Position numbers and translations under genes: made by a program. Shown here one piece after another: positions 33,809 through 47,427 of a stretch of 64,000 nucleotides of DNA (position 1 is the first letter of the stretch; every line of letters starts with the position of its first letter). This stretch comes from Fimicolochytrium jonesii (Eukaryota): assembly GCF_025526975.1 (NCBI RefSeq), contig NW_026515685.1:124001-188000 (forward strand), written 5' to 3'. Below the pieces are notes generated by a model, which searched no databases, was not told where the DNA came from, and saw only the letters and a program-made list of their open reading frames with translations.

Positions 33809-36599
33809 GCGTATTCGATCGACGAACGCCTATGCGACTTTGTCTCCTTTGCCACCATCCGAGGCGAATAACCCCGGGCTCAAAGATCTATTATTATCTT
33901 CGTTCTCTGGATTGGAGAAGGACCGTATGCTGGAGCTGGTTGGGACACGGAAACACGGCGTGCGCTTGGACCTTACTTCCCTCCGTAGGTTGCGCGTGTA
34001 GACTGAAGAACATTAGACGGGCTTTGTTGTGCGAATTTTCTGGGCGGGGCTTCTTGTAGATATTGTGGGTGTCTTGTATATACAGTATGAGGTGTTTCTG
34101 TTATTCACTTGCTGTGCCTCGAGGAATATGTGGGATCCTTTGGTTTGGCTGCAAATGCGAGGGTTGTAGAAGGTTTCCCACGCAACGCATTTCTGAGTCA
34201 TCTGCTGAAACGAAGCGTGGGGACGGATACTTGTGAACGACAAAGGTGTGATGGTGCGGCCAATGCATCGTTGCCTACAGACCAGGAGTGAATATGTGCC
34301 TCGGACATTCACATCCTACTCGTCGCCTGTTTTCCGCGCATTCGAAAAACGCTCGCAAGTGAGCTTGCGCCCATTGACTGACCATCAGCTTATCTTCCGG
34401 AAGAGCTTCGTGCACGGGTAACACTGTGCTTCAAGTTATATATTCGGTTAGGGAAAACGCGTCAATTTCCCGGTTTACGACTATTAACACGGGTATGCAT
34501 CCTCCACTCCTGACTCCTGAGCGAGCGGTACATGTACATATGTGAACCCTTGAACAACGAAGTAGCCAATAGGTGCACCACACGGCAGAAAATCGGGTCA
34601 GTGAATATCAACCTGAGCGGTTCGCTCTTACTCTAGCTACATAGATATTTAGCGATGACATGGACGGACAAAGACGCTCTGAAGATCATTGGGCTAGCGG
34701 TACAACGCGCCGACCTGCGGGCTCCCATTGGCCACTTCCTTCCAATCATACTCTACTTATCATATTGCGCCCTCCACAACTAGGTGGCCGATGTTTCCCG
34801 CTTTTTTTTTTCTTTTTCCTTTCGGTTGCAGCACTTCCCAAGTTTTGCATATGCTCAGTTCGAGTGCACATGAACGCACCTCAGCTTTAAAGTCGTTGTA
34901 TGCGGTCGCGTACGGTCCTTCTGGCTGAGAGGATTTTGCCTTGGAAGCGAGTCGACGCGTTCTGCCGCCACGAGCGACAGTGCTTACGCGATCCAAAAAC
35001 GCGTCCAAATGCTGTCAATGTTTCGTGTTTCTAAAATGTTCTGCCATGTAACATATTTCGGACAAGAGTTTCCGGGGACGGAAGATTGCGTTGTCAACCA
35101 CGCCAAGAGGGGCAAAGGTCGCCTAAGTATGGGGTCCTGAGCCCCACGCGTGGAATGTTGCTTACGCAATGGTAGAGCGCGTGGGTTTCGCGTTGACTCG
35201 GCTATGTCTGTGCAGTGTGTAGCAATGCTTGCGCTCCCAGGGGCTATTTAGGCTCTCAGCAACTTCGGGAGAGTCAGAGCGTTGTTTCATTGCTAAATGT
35301 CACCCGTGACATGTGTACTTCCGCAAACTCGCTGCTACCTGGTTGAACCCCTCCCTGCTCCTCCTCGTATCTGAAAGGATGCGCTTTGCTAGCCAGCTTT
35401 TGCTCCACTCGAAAGACAAAACCCTAAACATTAGTCCGTTTTGACGATGACCTCCCCAGTTCAGCAAGGCAAAAAACCGGACTTGTTCAAATAAAACTAA
35501 CAAATCATATATAAACCCCCCTCCCTTCTGAACCTAACCCAATTCCCCCGCTCTGAAAAGGAGGCACTCTGTCATGAGGATGAAACAGGATGAGGTCCCT
35601 CAGCGGGCCAGGAGAAGTTCAGGAGAAAGAAAGGAGAGCTTGGAGGTCCAGGTGCGGAGTTGCATGCACCGTATCGGGACGCAATGGCGACGCGTCAGTT
35701 TCGCGTTGTCCCCGCTGCCCAAAATCATCAATTGGGTTGTTGTACAGCAAGCAACATGATGAGCAAAAGGGGGACAAACAACCATCCCAGGGGCAAGAGA
35801 GCAGTATTCGAAAGTAGTGTCAGAGGAGATAGTCAGCGCGGGGCGGCCGAGTTTTAAGCCGAAACTTCCTATCCCGTCGCGTTTGTCCCTTAATGAGGCC
35901 GATTTGCTCGGCTACATGGTTTCCCCAATGCCGCCTTGCTAGATTGAATGGAACGATATGGGATGCGGTAATCTCGGAGAAGAGAAGCCAGGGCAAAAGG
36001 GAGGTGTGTCAAGTGAAAAAGGTTACTGCTTACGCAACGGCATGGAAAGCGTTGTGGAGACACGCATGTTTGCCTGCCATCACTTCCGAGATCCCATGCA
36101 CATGCAGCCCGGCTCCCTCCACGCCGCCAGGACCGAGAGGGCAGACGAAATGGCAAGAGTATCGGTGGAAGGGCAGGTAGCCGGATGTGAATCGGGTAAG
36201 TGTCATGAGTGAGCGAACAGCCCAGCCCACATAGCTTTCCCGCCAGCGCGGCATCCCGCTCTCTTACCAAAAGTGCTTACGCAGGCGAAAATGCGTCGAA
36301 TGGGTGTCCTTTTCGCGTTCCCAGCCGTCTGGTACTCTCCTGGAGGTACATAAAGGGGGGACGTAGAGGGATCACAAGCCCGATGACGAACGGGGCCCAA
36401 GAGAGAATCGGGAGAGGATCAGGAGAACTACGAAAACGTGAAAGCCCGCGTAAAACCCAGTTCTTTGGTGGCATGCACGCCAGCGTGCTTATGTTTTGAT
36501 GTGATGTGAGAAAGAAACGCGTCAGTTTCGCGTTCAAATAAGTAACGAACGCCCCATGGCCGAGTGCCCAATCTAAGGATAAGCCTCACAAACGGCTTG

Positions 36600-37209
36600 T
36601 TAGGCTGCAAGCGGCGTGGTGAGCAGAAGGGGACAGGGGGCAATCTCCCAAACTGAATGGGCAATGCTGTCGCTTAAGAGTGAAATTATCCCATCCCAGC
36701 CATCTTGCGTCCTAGCCAAAACCCATTTCCATGTGGACAATCTCCGCGTCCGTTCAAAGCATGATATCTCAACCAGCACTCGTCGCGGCTTTGGTAGCCA
36801 TGGATCCCTTGCGCTTTCGAGGTTCATCTCCCTCCTCAAAGTCCTCAGCGTCATCATTGAGGTTGGTGAAGAAATCATCGAGCGACTGGTCCGCAGGCTT
36901 GGTTTTCGGAACTGGAGCAGGAGCCGACTTCTTCTTAGGGGGCGTAGGTCCGACCTTCCGTTTGAGCTTTCGAGCGAGGGCAGATTCTTCTTCGTCATCT
37001 GATCCGTCTCCAGAGCCATCACCTTCGTCATCACCTCCGTCCTGTTGCTGAGCTTTGTTTGCTTCGTCTTGGGCAAGACGGCGTGCAGCTTCTTCACCCA
37101 TCCGAGCCTGGATAAGCCGAACAGCATCGGCGAAGGCGGCGGCCTCAGCCTCTGTGCTATATTCAGGAGCATCGATACCGCTGAAATCCATTCGGCCTTG
37201 CGAGCTCAA
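36600..37209 (-). pseudogene. Hypothetical acidic/basic low-complexity ORF, probably a decayed gene or element fragment
   Basis: 146-aa ORF with protein-like composition (helical start, acidic tract, KRK/PPKKK), followed by stops and shifted frames. Confidence 0.35.
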
Positions 37210-37779
37210 GGCGTGGGAAAATGGCCCGTGGGAAAACCGACAATGAGTAGCGGAGTTGAAGGTTTGCGGTGAAGACCTAGCGGATCCCCACGAGAGTAGC
37301 GGCGTTGGTGTAGTAGGTCTGAGGCTGTCTATGCTGTGTGTATGCCTGCCAATGCGTAGCTTTCGACAATTTCCAGCAATTTTCTCAGGCTATCGTCTCG
37401 CCGAGCGTTCGGACGTAACTTGGCGTAGACGTGGGTGTACTGTATGTATCTTGGCTGTCGCGAGTGCCCAAGTGCAGGCTGCCCCTCAAGCGATCGGCTT
37501 TGGTAATGTTTCGTACGATCTCGACAATTGCCAGTGGACTAAGGCAGTAACGATGAAGATGGAAGAAGGGAAAGAGGGAAGAGTAGGGTGCCTAAATGCC
37601 CCCCCCCCCCCCTGACTCGTAATCACTTAAACCGACGCTTACAACCAGTTGAACTGCCATGGATTTCAACGGCCGCCCGCTGAGAGAGAGTTTGCGCCCG
37701 CTGCCACAACCCACACCCGCACCCACCCACCCAGGCAGCAAGCAGTCTTCACACCACTTTTGACTCCTTTGCTCCCCCG

Positions 37780-38330
37780 ATGCAGTCTCTCATCTGGTGA
37801 GCAAGGTCCTTACCAGAAGGACAGCTAGTACAGTTGGAAACTGACTTTTTTTTTGAACCGCAGGATACAGGAGGAAAAGTCAACTGTAAAAAAACCGTCA
37901 TAACTTCTTCAGACATCTCCACTATTCAAGAGATCGCAGCTCTGCTCGACAGCAAATTGGCGCCTCTAACTACAGCAATCGACAGTCTCAAAGACGAAAC
38001 CGCCAAACTCAAAGACGAAACCGCCAAACTCAACGTGCGCATGACCATTTTGGAAGCAAAACAATATAATTCATCCGTCGGCAGAGAACAGGAACTTCCA
38101 AAAGTTCCCAAACAGGACGGTAGTCTCCCGACCTCAGCTTATCCTGCAAAATCCGTCTTCGCCATACTCATTCAGCAGTGCTGTACTCTTCATTTTATTC
38201 CAATCATTTTGCTCGCCATTAGGAAGTTTCTCGTTCCCAGCCACCAGGAGTTGCAAATCTCTTACATCTCTTACAACCCCTGGTGGCTGGGAACGAGAAA
38301 CTTCCTAATGGCGAGAAAAATGATAGTGTC
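37780..38330 (+). pseudogene. Coiled-coil gene disrupted by an internal inverted duplication
   Basis: ATG 37780, intron, heptad repeat (21-bp tandem LKDETAK x2), AKQYNSSVGREQELPKVPKQDGSLP. The natural continuation LLVAGNEKLPNGEQNDWNKMKSTALLNEYG lies on the opposite strand at 38253-38150. Confidence 0.65.
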
Positions 38331-38622
38331 CCTTCTCTCCCATTGGTGCAGGCAGCAAATCCTTGACAACACCGCAAATGCCTCCCCCTCGACTAATCCG
38401 ACCAACGCAAACATATCGAACATCAACTGAATTAAACCAATTCACAAAAACTGGTATATAATGACCCCCCCTCTAAACTCAAACTCTCACAAATCATACA
38501 GAGAAAACCCTATGTTCAGAAGAAAAACACGCAAAGTACACGCACACCCCGTTCCCCTCCCCAAGTCTCCCCATCCCCGTCTCCCTACCCTACTCCAATT
38601 CCCCCCATCCTAACCCATCAAA

Positions 38623-41600
38623 TCACCGATACTCCCTCCTCCCCATCATCATCCCCATCATCGGCGGTATCCCCGGGGGCTGCTCCCCTGCCCCTGCCCC
38701 TGCCCCTCCTCCCGCACCATTCCTCGCCATCATAGCCGCAACGCGCTCGGCCACCAAATCCCGTCGATCTTGGTCCCGTTGTTGCTGTTGTTGGGGATGA
38801 GGATGTTGTTGACGTTGTTGTTGTTGCTGTTCCTGTTGCCGGACTTCGCGTTCACGGAGGTATTGTCGGATGAGTTCTTCGCGGACTGCGTCTTTTTCGC
38901 GGTTGGCTGTGTGGGAAAATCAGAGTTGAAGTCATGCGTCGACAACGTTCATGCACTGAAGCAGGGAATCCAAACTTACCACCACCCCCATACCCACCCC
39001 CCATCCCACTCGCCCCAACCGCTGCGCTCAAATTCCACTCCTGCTGCTGCTGTTGTTGCTGCTGCTGGTACCCCATGCCCGCCCCCAACCTCGTCCTCGC
39101 CTCAAACCCCGGCGCACCGCCCCCCAATTTCGGGTCCCTAAAATCCTGCTGTCCCCCTCGCCCGGCAGCGCGTAACTGCAATTCCTGTCGGAGTTGGGAC
39201 TGCAGGACTTGGTTGAGGATATCGTCTTGCGGTTGTTGTTGTTGTTGTTGTTGTTGTTGGTGCGGGAGGAGGTGGGAGTTTAGGGCGAGGTTGGTGGGGA
39301 AATGCGCGGGGGGTTGTTGTTGTTGTTGCGAGGGGAGGCGGTATTGTTGGTATTGGCTCATCAGCTGTGGCGGGGCTGTGACGTTGTTGGGGAGGAACTG
39401 CTGTTGTTGTTGTTGTTGTTGTTGAAGGAGTTGCTCACGGCCGGGTGGGGGAGTGCCGTACTGGCCGCCGCCGAGGCCTCTTAGTCCCGCGCTGGAAAAA
39501 GTTGCTGCGTTTGGTTGTTGTTGGCCGCGGAGGGAGGGGTATGCGCCGCCCCCTCCTCCGGCACCGCCGCTTTGGCCCTGTGCCCAGACGGTGGGGTCAT
39601 TTTGCGAGTCTTGTGCGGCGAGCTTGCTGGGACTGAAGGATTTGCCCCAGCGTGCTTCGGCGTCGGAAAGGCTGCCAGTAGCGAAGGAGACGTTGACGTT
39701 GGGGAACATTGCGCGGAAGGATTCCTGTGGAGGAGTCAATAGGGATAAATGTATATGTTCAAAAGCGGCACACGGGATAGAAAGACTTAGTGTCTTACAG
39801 AAAATCAAAGCGGAAAGACCACATACCTGCACAGTCTTAGCCTCTTCCTTCTTCTCCGTATTTACACTCGTCTCATAAGCCTCCACCTCCCCGACGCCCC
39901 CAAAAAACCGCTCAAACCTACTCTTCTGCGGATTATCACTCTGCCTCGAGCTCGACCTCACCGAATCACTCTCATGATGCCCCCCCAGCAGTCCATGATC
40001 ATGCAAGAGTTCGCCCTCCCTCTTCGCCTTCTCACCCGCCAGCATGGCCGAAAGCCCCGCAAAGACAGCGAGCGGGTTCTCGCGGAAGGGGTCGAAGGGC
40101 CCGACGTATTTGGGATGCAGGACGTATCCCATGGCCGAGAGTGAGAATTTGAAGTCGTCTTCGTCGTGGTAGATTCCGAAGCCGAAGACACCGTCGTCTT
40201 TTGTGGGGTGGAGGAGGGTGGGGTCTTTACTGATGTGGGGGGACTCGACGCGAGGGGTTGAGCGCGCGGAGAGGTCGTTGGTTTCGTCGAGGGCGCTGGA
40301 GCCGAGGACGTGCTCTTCTTCCACGACGGCGGCTGTTGATGAGGATGGCACGGACCGCGCAGCTTCGTCGACTGGTGAAGGCGGGCCGGAGAGGCCGGGA
40401 GGAAGCTCAACGGTCGTTTGCTTCGCCTTTGCTCGGGCGCTGGACTCTGTGACGGAAGGAATGGCCGGTGGTGGGGTGGTGGTGAGAGGTTCGGCGGCAA
40501 TAGATTCCCAGGAGTCTACGGGTTCCGGCTCCGGAGCACGCAGGGAAGTAGCGGCTGTGGAAACGGTGGAGCTGCTTATCGCAGGGGAATGTTGTGCCGA
40601 GGATTGCGCAGGTCTCGCAACAGGTCTTGCCCTAAATGGGGATATTGTAGCGTCAGCAGCGGCCCCTCGTACAAAGGCGCCTTTGGGCAGAAACGAACTC
40701 ACCAGCTAGCGGTGGCAGGCAAAGCGCTGCCTTCCTCTTCCTCCTTCTTTTCCTCACCAACGGTAGGGAACGGCATGCGCCTCGGATTCCGTTCCCGGAC
40801 TTGCATTCTCCCCATCTCAGCGGCCGCAAAAGCATCCGGCTCATCGCCGTGCTCGTGCAGAAACTGACAGGTAGTGACCGGGCATTGCTGTCCCTTGAGA
40901 AAGTTTGAGCAATACCTGGTCGTGCCATATGTAGCACGGACCAGCTTCCCATCATAGACGTTCCCGTCCACCGACTCGATCGCTCTTGCTGCGTCCTCTT
41001 TCCGAGCATATGTGATGTAAACCCCCGTGTTTGGCGGGAGATGCGATACCACCGGCGTGTGGGCGTGTGGTCGTCGGTTGAGGATGACTTTCACGATCTT
41101 TCCAAACTGACCAAAGTACTCCGGCCCTTTAAGGACAGTCTCGCTGGTCGTGACTTTTGGAGACAGGCCCACGACGTATATCAGCGTTTTCTGTACCGCT
41201 TTGGCGTTGGTGAGATTCCTGCGCGAAAGTTGATCCTGTTCCTTTCGCTCGCGTTCTTTGCGTTTCTTTATCGCTTTTATTCGGGCCATTCTACATAGAC
41301 AAAAGGGAAACAGGGTTAGCGAGGGCCTTGAGAATGCGACTCCGTGTGGGAAGTTGATGCTTTGCTTACTCTTCGGGCGGTACGGGCTTGAACTCAACTG
41401 TATCTTCCGAGTACGGCCGCCGACAAGCCGGGCACAGCCCATTGAGATTCTCCTTGATATGGTTCCAACAGAATCTGCATATCTAACAAATTGGACAGAG
41501 AGCCAAAGATCGTTAGCATGTCATAGCAAGCCATTCTCGAACGTGATCACCCGGAAGGAAAACCGCTGACGCCAAGATGGAATTGCCGACGCTAATCCGG

Positions 41601-41716
41601 ACTTCACCCTTTCTTACCTGATAGCCACAAGGACAAGGCTTGAAGTAGCGGTCCGTGACATCTATCTCCTCCATACACAGGGGACAGTCGAGGTCCTCTT
41701 CGTCGGAGGACGCCAT
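38623..41716 (-). CDS. NOT4: CCR4-NOT E3 ligase subunit Not4/Mot2, multi-exon
   Basis: C4C4 RING (DCPLCMEEID...FKPCPCGYQ), RRM (LIYVVGL, EYFGQFGKI, GVYITY), YGTTRYC...C..LH CCCH finger, polyQ C-terminus. Confidence 0.95.
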
Positions 41717-42149
41717 CGTGTAGGGTTGTTCGTTTAGTGTCTGCCGTCGGGTGGATGTGCGATCTTCAGCGGCCGCGGTCGACGGTTTCGGATGCTGAAA
41801 GGCGGTGGGATGTCTCGTTTTTTTCCCTCAGATCTCAAGCGTCCAAACTCCCGAGAGCGATACTGATATGCACCTAGAACGTCTAAGTCTCTGGGTTTGT
41901 TGTATCTGCGGTGTGGAAGGTGAGATGCCTGACGGTGGTCATACAGAGTGTGTATGTGCGGTTTTGCGGTAGACCTAGAAAAGGAGGGGAGGTTATTTTA
42001 ATTCATAAACAGTCACGTGCAATCCAGAAACCTACCACAGGTGACAGGACAGGGAACGCAGCAGGGAACGTCCGGGCAGGCGACAAGAAGAGGGTTGGAC
42101 GACGCAAGGGAGTTATCGGTATGATAGAGGACTGGGGACCCGTCCCACA

Positions 42150-43271
42150 GAGCTGTTGGATGCAGTCGGGGCCGTCAAGTCTGGATATCATCTCAAAGGA
42201 CTGCGTGGACGTGTGTGACCACAGCCGGGAGGTCGGCAAGGTGCGATGGGCAGATATGGAAACGGATGGCGACCTACCCAACGGAGCCGCGGACCTTGGC
42301 AGGGGATGTCATGGCCTTACTCCTATTGCTGAATACTTCCGCACGCTTCAGTATTAGCCTTGTGGCTCCTGATGTGAGCGCATCAACCTCGGGATCGCCC
42401 GTCAACGTGGGGATTGCGCGATTGAACCAGTGCCTCCACTATCAAAGCCTTGGCACTTTTGAGAACTCAAAAGCAGGAAGTGCGGTGAGAGGCAAGAGGC
42501 AGAACACCATGCCTAGTCGACCAGGAAGCTTGGCTCTTGCTTTCAGCAAGCTTATTGAAGTTGCGAGATTTTAGGCATTACCGGGAGCTGCAGCGGGGAT
42601 CAATGCGCAATTCGCGGCGCTTACCCAATGTACTATGTATGCGGCGGAGACCATATGTGGAAAAATCGAAAGACTCAAGGAAGAACATATCGCAGAATGA
42701 GGTGAGCCGGAGATGACAATTTGAGCGACGGTGAGAACCAGAAAATCACGCGATATGCGGCCGTCGGCGGCCTCAAATCCCCGTCCCGTGGAAGCCGTCC
42801 TTTCATTGCAGACAGCTTATGGACAAAACTGTCATCTGGTCGATTGGTACTCTACTATGCGTTTGAAGGCCATCATTGAGGTTTTCTCAGGAAGGTGCTG
42901 CCCATGGACTAAATTTTGGTGGCGCTTGGAATGGCATCGCGCACGGTGGTCCCTGCACATGGCGTGGTTGAGTTGCAAATCGGAAGGTAGAGACACGTTT
43001 GCCAACCGAGCGGAATTTGCCATAAACCTAGGTTCCCACCAATCGGATTTTGAATGGCCATTTTGGCCCGTTTACCGTGCCATACCGGTATATGAACATC
43101 GAGCTTCCCTCCGCTAGGAGATCCTTTCCACTCCTCTCCTCGGAAACCGCAAAAACGAGTTCCTCAGCCACATTGCATACGTCTTGCGTGAAGGGCTTCG
43201 ACCGCGAGCAAAACCCACAGTCTCACAACCGACTCACGAAGGGACGATTTGCGAAATACTCTGCTGATTGA
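42150..43271 (+). pseudogene. Heavily decayed Ser/Thr protein kinase pseudogene (STE20-like?)
   Basis: Collinear relics across frames: IAEYF...LWLLM (42325-42374), KLRDF/GIT (42558-42582), YAAETI (42638-42655), YGQNC/IWSIGTLL (42818-42857). Confidence 0.5.
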
Positions 43272-43586
43272 GTGAGCGGGGCCATAACTACGTTTGAGAT
43301 GGAAGCATGACCGGGGAATTCGAGGAAAACAAGCGACGTCGAAAGACCATCGCTTGCAGATGTCAGCAACCCTCACCGCCGACACCCGCACTTGCGCAGG
43401 TCAGCAATTCAGACTAGATGGCGTCAAACGCCTTATGCCTTGAACGCTGGATCAGACGATTCAGATTATACTATGTAGAAAGCGCACACATGTCACAAGC
43501 AATTGACGAAAACACTCTTCAATAACCTAAATACTATATCTACTTCGATAAAAAGGGTGATAGCGCCGTAAGGGTATATGATCTAC

Positions 43587-45242
43587 CTACTTAGGGCCGG
43601 CTTGAACAGGTTTGCCCTGCGGTCCACCAGGTCCACCAGGTCCACCCTTCCCACCCTTCTCACCCTTCGGCGGTCCCGGCAGGCTAAACTTGTAATCCGT
43701 CGCAGCTTCACGAGACCTCAGAACCGCCGATGTAATCCGGTCCATGCTAGCGTCCTCGTAGGTCTTGAGGGCGGCGCTGAAGTCGGGGGTTTGTGGCTTG
43801 ATGGACATGCCGTAGGCGAGGGAGATGGACGTGTTGAGGGCTTTGGCTACTTCGAGGGCGTCCTTGAGGGCTTGTTGGGCGCCTTCGCCTCGGACTGGTT
43901 GGAAAGAGACAAAATGGGAGAGTCAGGTAATGTGTCCTTCTTGAGCGAGGGCCCCGGTGCAAGAGAGTGGTTGAAAGCATAACGTACAGAAAGTCATTGG
44001 GTGGAAAGCATCCCCGATAAGCGTCACGTTGCCAGCGGGGAGTGGTGCGGGAATCTGATCGCGGACAGGGAAAGGCGGCAACATCTGAGCCGGATCCTGT
44101 TTCTCCACAATCTCCTTGAAATCGGGGTGCATATCCGCGACAACAGTCTTCGCCATCTCCAGCCACTCCGTTGGCGTCTTTTCCTGCAAGTCCGTCCAAT
44201 ACTTTGCATCAGCGGTCGTCGGATCGGTCCAGGAAAGGATCCAGTAGTATCGCGCCTTTTCCGTCCGAATGTATTGCGGCGCGATGAACAGGCGGCGATC
44301 TTTGCCGTACGCCATACAGCTTGAGCGGCCGAGCGCCATGAATTTGTCATAATCGGCGGGGAGAACGTCGAATTCGCCGACGAGGATGCCGACGGGGACG
44401 AAGCTGAGTGGGGGTGGGGACGGGGCGTGGACTTGGTCGCGCACTGGAGAGAGGAGATTCTTGAGCGAATGCATCCTTTGACAATGATAGACTCCCGACA
44501 TAAGGCGAGAATTGATGCATACCTCGGCTCCTGACGCCGTCAGCGCCGACAAGTACATGGCCAGTGGCGGTGGTTCCATCCTCGAAGTGAGCAGTAACCA
44601 GCCCATTCGATTCGGTTTCGTATCGGGAAAACTGCTTTCCCCATGTCACATCGATGTGGGACATGAGCCAGCTCCTCAAGGCAGCGCGGTTGACACGGAG
44701 GAACGAACGAGGGTTGTTCCCGCCGCGCCAAAGAACTTCCTTGGTGTTGGCATCGTAAAATGCGGATTCGGATGTCAGGCCGAGCTCGGCCTCGACGGCG
44801 GTAGCGGCGAGCGGAGGAAGGTCGAGGGAGAAAGCGGGAAGGAGTTCTCCGAGAATCCTAATCCATTAAGAGCGTGATCAGCAACCGATTTGACGGATGA
44901 GAATGCATCAAAGGACGTTTCACATTGCAAAAACCTACCAGTTCATCGAAAGCGCCCAACCTTGAGGACGGATTTCAGCGGAAGCGTCCCGTTCGAAAAT
45001 CTGGTAAGAAATTCCCTGTTTGCGCAAAGCTTGGGCAAGCGCTAGACCCCTGATGACCCAATTTGGCAGTTCAATGAAGCGGCCCCTTGAAAATGTGTGC
45101 ATTAGCGCTGGATAACTCACCCAATGCCAGCACCGATAATTAACACTGTGGGTGTCTTGACGGCGGGGCTGTCACCGGCGTGGCGAATCTCTTCGGGCAA
45201 GGGTGGGACCCCGCGGACAGCTTCGACAATGGCCTGGAGCAT
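43587..45242 (-). CDS. FAD-dependent monooxygenase (class A, FAD_binding_3), multi-exon
   Basis: VLIIGAGIG/GLALAQALRKQGISYQIFERD, LVGADGVRSR (DG motif), VTLIGDAFHPM (GD motif); TATAAAAG upstream at about 45373. Confidence 0.92.
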
Positions 45243-46123
45243 GTTGGCAGGAGGGGATGGAGGATTCGGTAAAAGAGTTTGGAGAGGGTAGGTGCAAGGA
45301 GGGAGAGGGAGGAGGGAAGTCTGAACGTTGAAGGCGGATGAGGAGGCGGGTGGTCGGGAGAAACCCTTTTATATGACATTCTGATTCTGGTCTACAGTAC
45401 ATCATTTTTCAACGTGCACCGATGAATACATATTTTCTCTGATAATCGACTCCGAGTCCGACGAGTCTGCGGAACTCCTTAAGGCGGAACTCTTGAAGAC
45501 GGAATTCCAAACTTCGAATGATCTCCGGAGCCTCAGCAGGCTGGCCGCAGGTCAATAATAAAGTAGCAATTCGGGCTCGGATCTGCAACACATAATGTTA
45601 CACAGCAGGGCTGAAAGAACGCCCTTCTCACCGGCAACTCGGACACACGGGGATGGTCGACATTTCCTCCATGGAGTTCCAACTTCCAACGTTCTGCTGA
45701 ATACTTGCTATGTACCTAGTCAGTCTTGACTCTTGAGTCTTGACCGCCGGCCGGTGACTTCTGGGTTGCACAGGGAGGCTCAACAAAACGTAGATATCTA
45801 TAATCTGGCATATTCGGAGTGTTCGAAACTCGGGCTTATCGGAGGGTGGGCGTCTTCTTCGGAGGTCCATGGTCCGACTAATACGTAACAAAGCTCCAAC
45901 TTCTCATTTAAATCGGAAACTGTCGAATGTGACAATTGACAGCGCGTCTTCGAGCGGAGTTAATGACTGCTCCAGATCCCAGCGAAGAACGTAAGAAGTG
46001 GGAACAAATGATATTGAAAAATTCAGGAGTCTTAAAAATCAAGGGTATAGTGTATCAATAATCAAATATCAGAAGCTCTACTACTCAGTTCTATTTAGGA
46101 GTCACTTTGCTGTTTTTCGCGCC

Positions 46124-47256
46124 TTAACGCAATGGGATGGCATCAGGTTGAGCCTGCTGCTGTTGCTGTTGCTGCTGTCGCTGCTGGTCCATCTGCTGTT
46201 GCTGCTGCTCTTCCAGCAACGCCATGCGAGGCACCGTCGACTTGGGGGAAGACGCCGCGCGCTGTTCCGACATGGGAAGCAGCTTGACGTCGGTCTTGAC
46301 GGCCGGGTCCTTCGCGAAACTGTAGGACGCAGCGACCTCGAGCTTGTACGAGATCTGAATGAACTTATGGTCGATCGATGGGGGCAGATCAGCGGTGTGG
46401 ATCTGCAAGTCGCGGACAACTGTCTGGCGCTGGCTGCCGGCTCCATCAACGCGGCCTTCGCCGACGGTACGGTTGATCACCATGTCGGGAACCCCACGCT
46501 CGCCACTGATCAGCTTTATGCGCTGTTGGAGCTTCGCCTTGAGGTGCTTGTTGGTCTTTTTCGACTCATTTTTGCACTCGACCGAGAGTTCCATGGGGGA
46601 CCCGAGAGGGAAAGCGAGCGTAGGCAAGTCGACGTGGATAGTGGACGATCCCTTGCCGAACATGAACTTGTTGGTGTTGCTCAAATCCGCGGCCTGGTGC
46701 TGGACTGAAGGCAGGAGGTGCACGTGGACCTTCTCCGACTTGGGATCGAGCCCCGCCTTGTCGATCTTGGCGTACATCTTATATTCGATCTCGGCTTCAT
46801 AGTCAAGACCCTTTTTGTTCTTCAGCTTGAAGGTGGCAGGAAGATTCTCCGGCAACTGCAGCTGGAACGGGAAGTTGTGGGTTCCCTTGGTAAGCTTCTG
46901 TAATGCGCGGGAAGGAAAAAGGTTAGATTACGCTTTGATATATCTCTTTGCATTGTCTATCGCCGGTAACGAACCTGAGGACCGACAACCATCGCCTTCA
47001 CTTTGTCGAACTTCTTCTCCTTCTTGAACTTCTCCTTTTCCTTCTTTTTGCCGCCATCGCCGTTATCGACTTCCTTCATGTACTCGTACTCGATTTCGGC
47101 TTCTCCATGGAACTTTATGGTGATTCCCTTCATCTCGAAGCCGCTGTCCGAGTTCACCTGCACAGTGATTGTGCCGGCCAACGGGCCGTCGCCATTCGAG
47201 TATTGTTTGGGAATGTTTATCCACACCTTCGCGCCGGAGATCAAAGCGTTCAGCAT
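46124..47256 (-). CDS. Arrestin-domain protein (alpha-arrestin-like), 2 exons
   Basis: LAGTITVQV...GITIKFHGEAE, FPFQLQLPENLPATF, IEYKMYAKI, LPPSI...IQISYKLEV; polyQ tail. Confidence 0.88.
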
Positions 47257-47427
47257 GTTGAGGAGCTGTGCCGGTTAATCGAAAGGTAAAGCTGAGTGAA
47301 TGTAATGGACTTGTAGTAGATGAGCGTGATGACTGGAGGAGGGAACAGACGACTTCTCGCCTTTTTATGCTTGTTCGCAACATTGGCCATGCCTCATGGG
47401 AAACCTCTGTAATTGCATGAGCCAATG

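Noticed and set aside
35160..35240. tRNA-like A box (CAATGGTAGAGCGC)
   Set aside because: No GTTCRA T-loop or acceptor stem at the right spacing.
43590..43680. Collagen-like GEKGGKGGPGGPGG tail on the monooxygenase
   Set aside because: Too short and irregular for a triple helix; a simple 9-bp expansion.
14555..45242. Two flavin monooxygenases as a biosynthetic cluster
   Set aside because: About 26 kb apart, separated by housekeeping genes; no backbone synthase.
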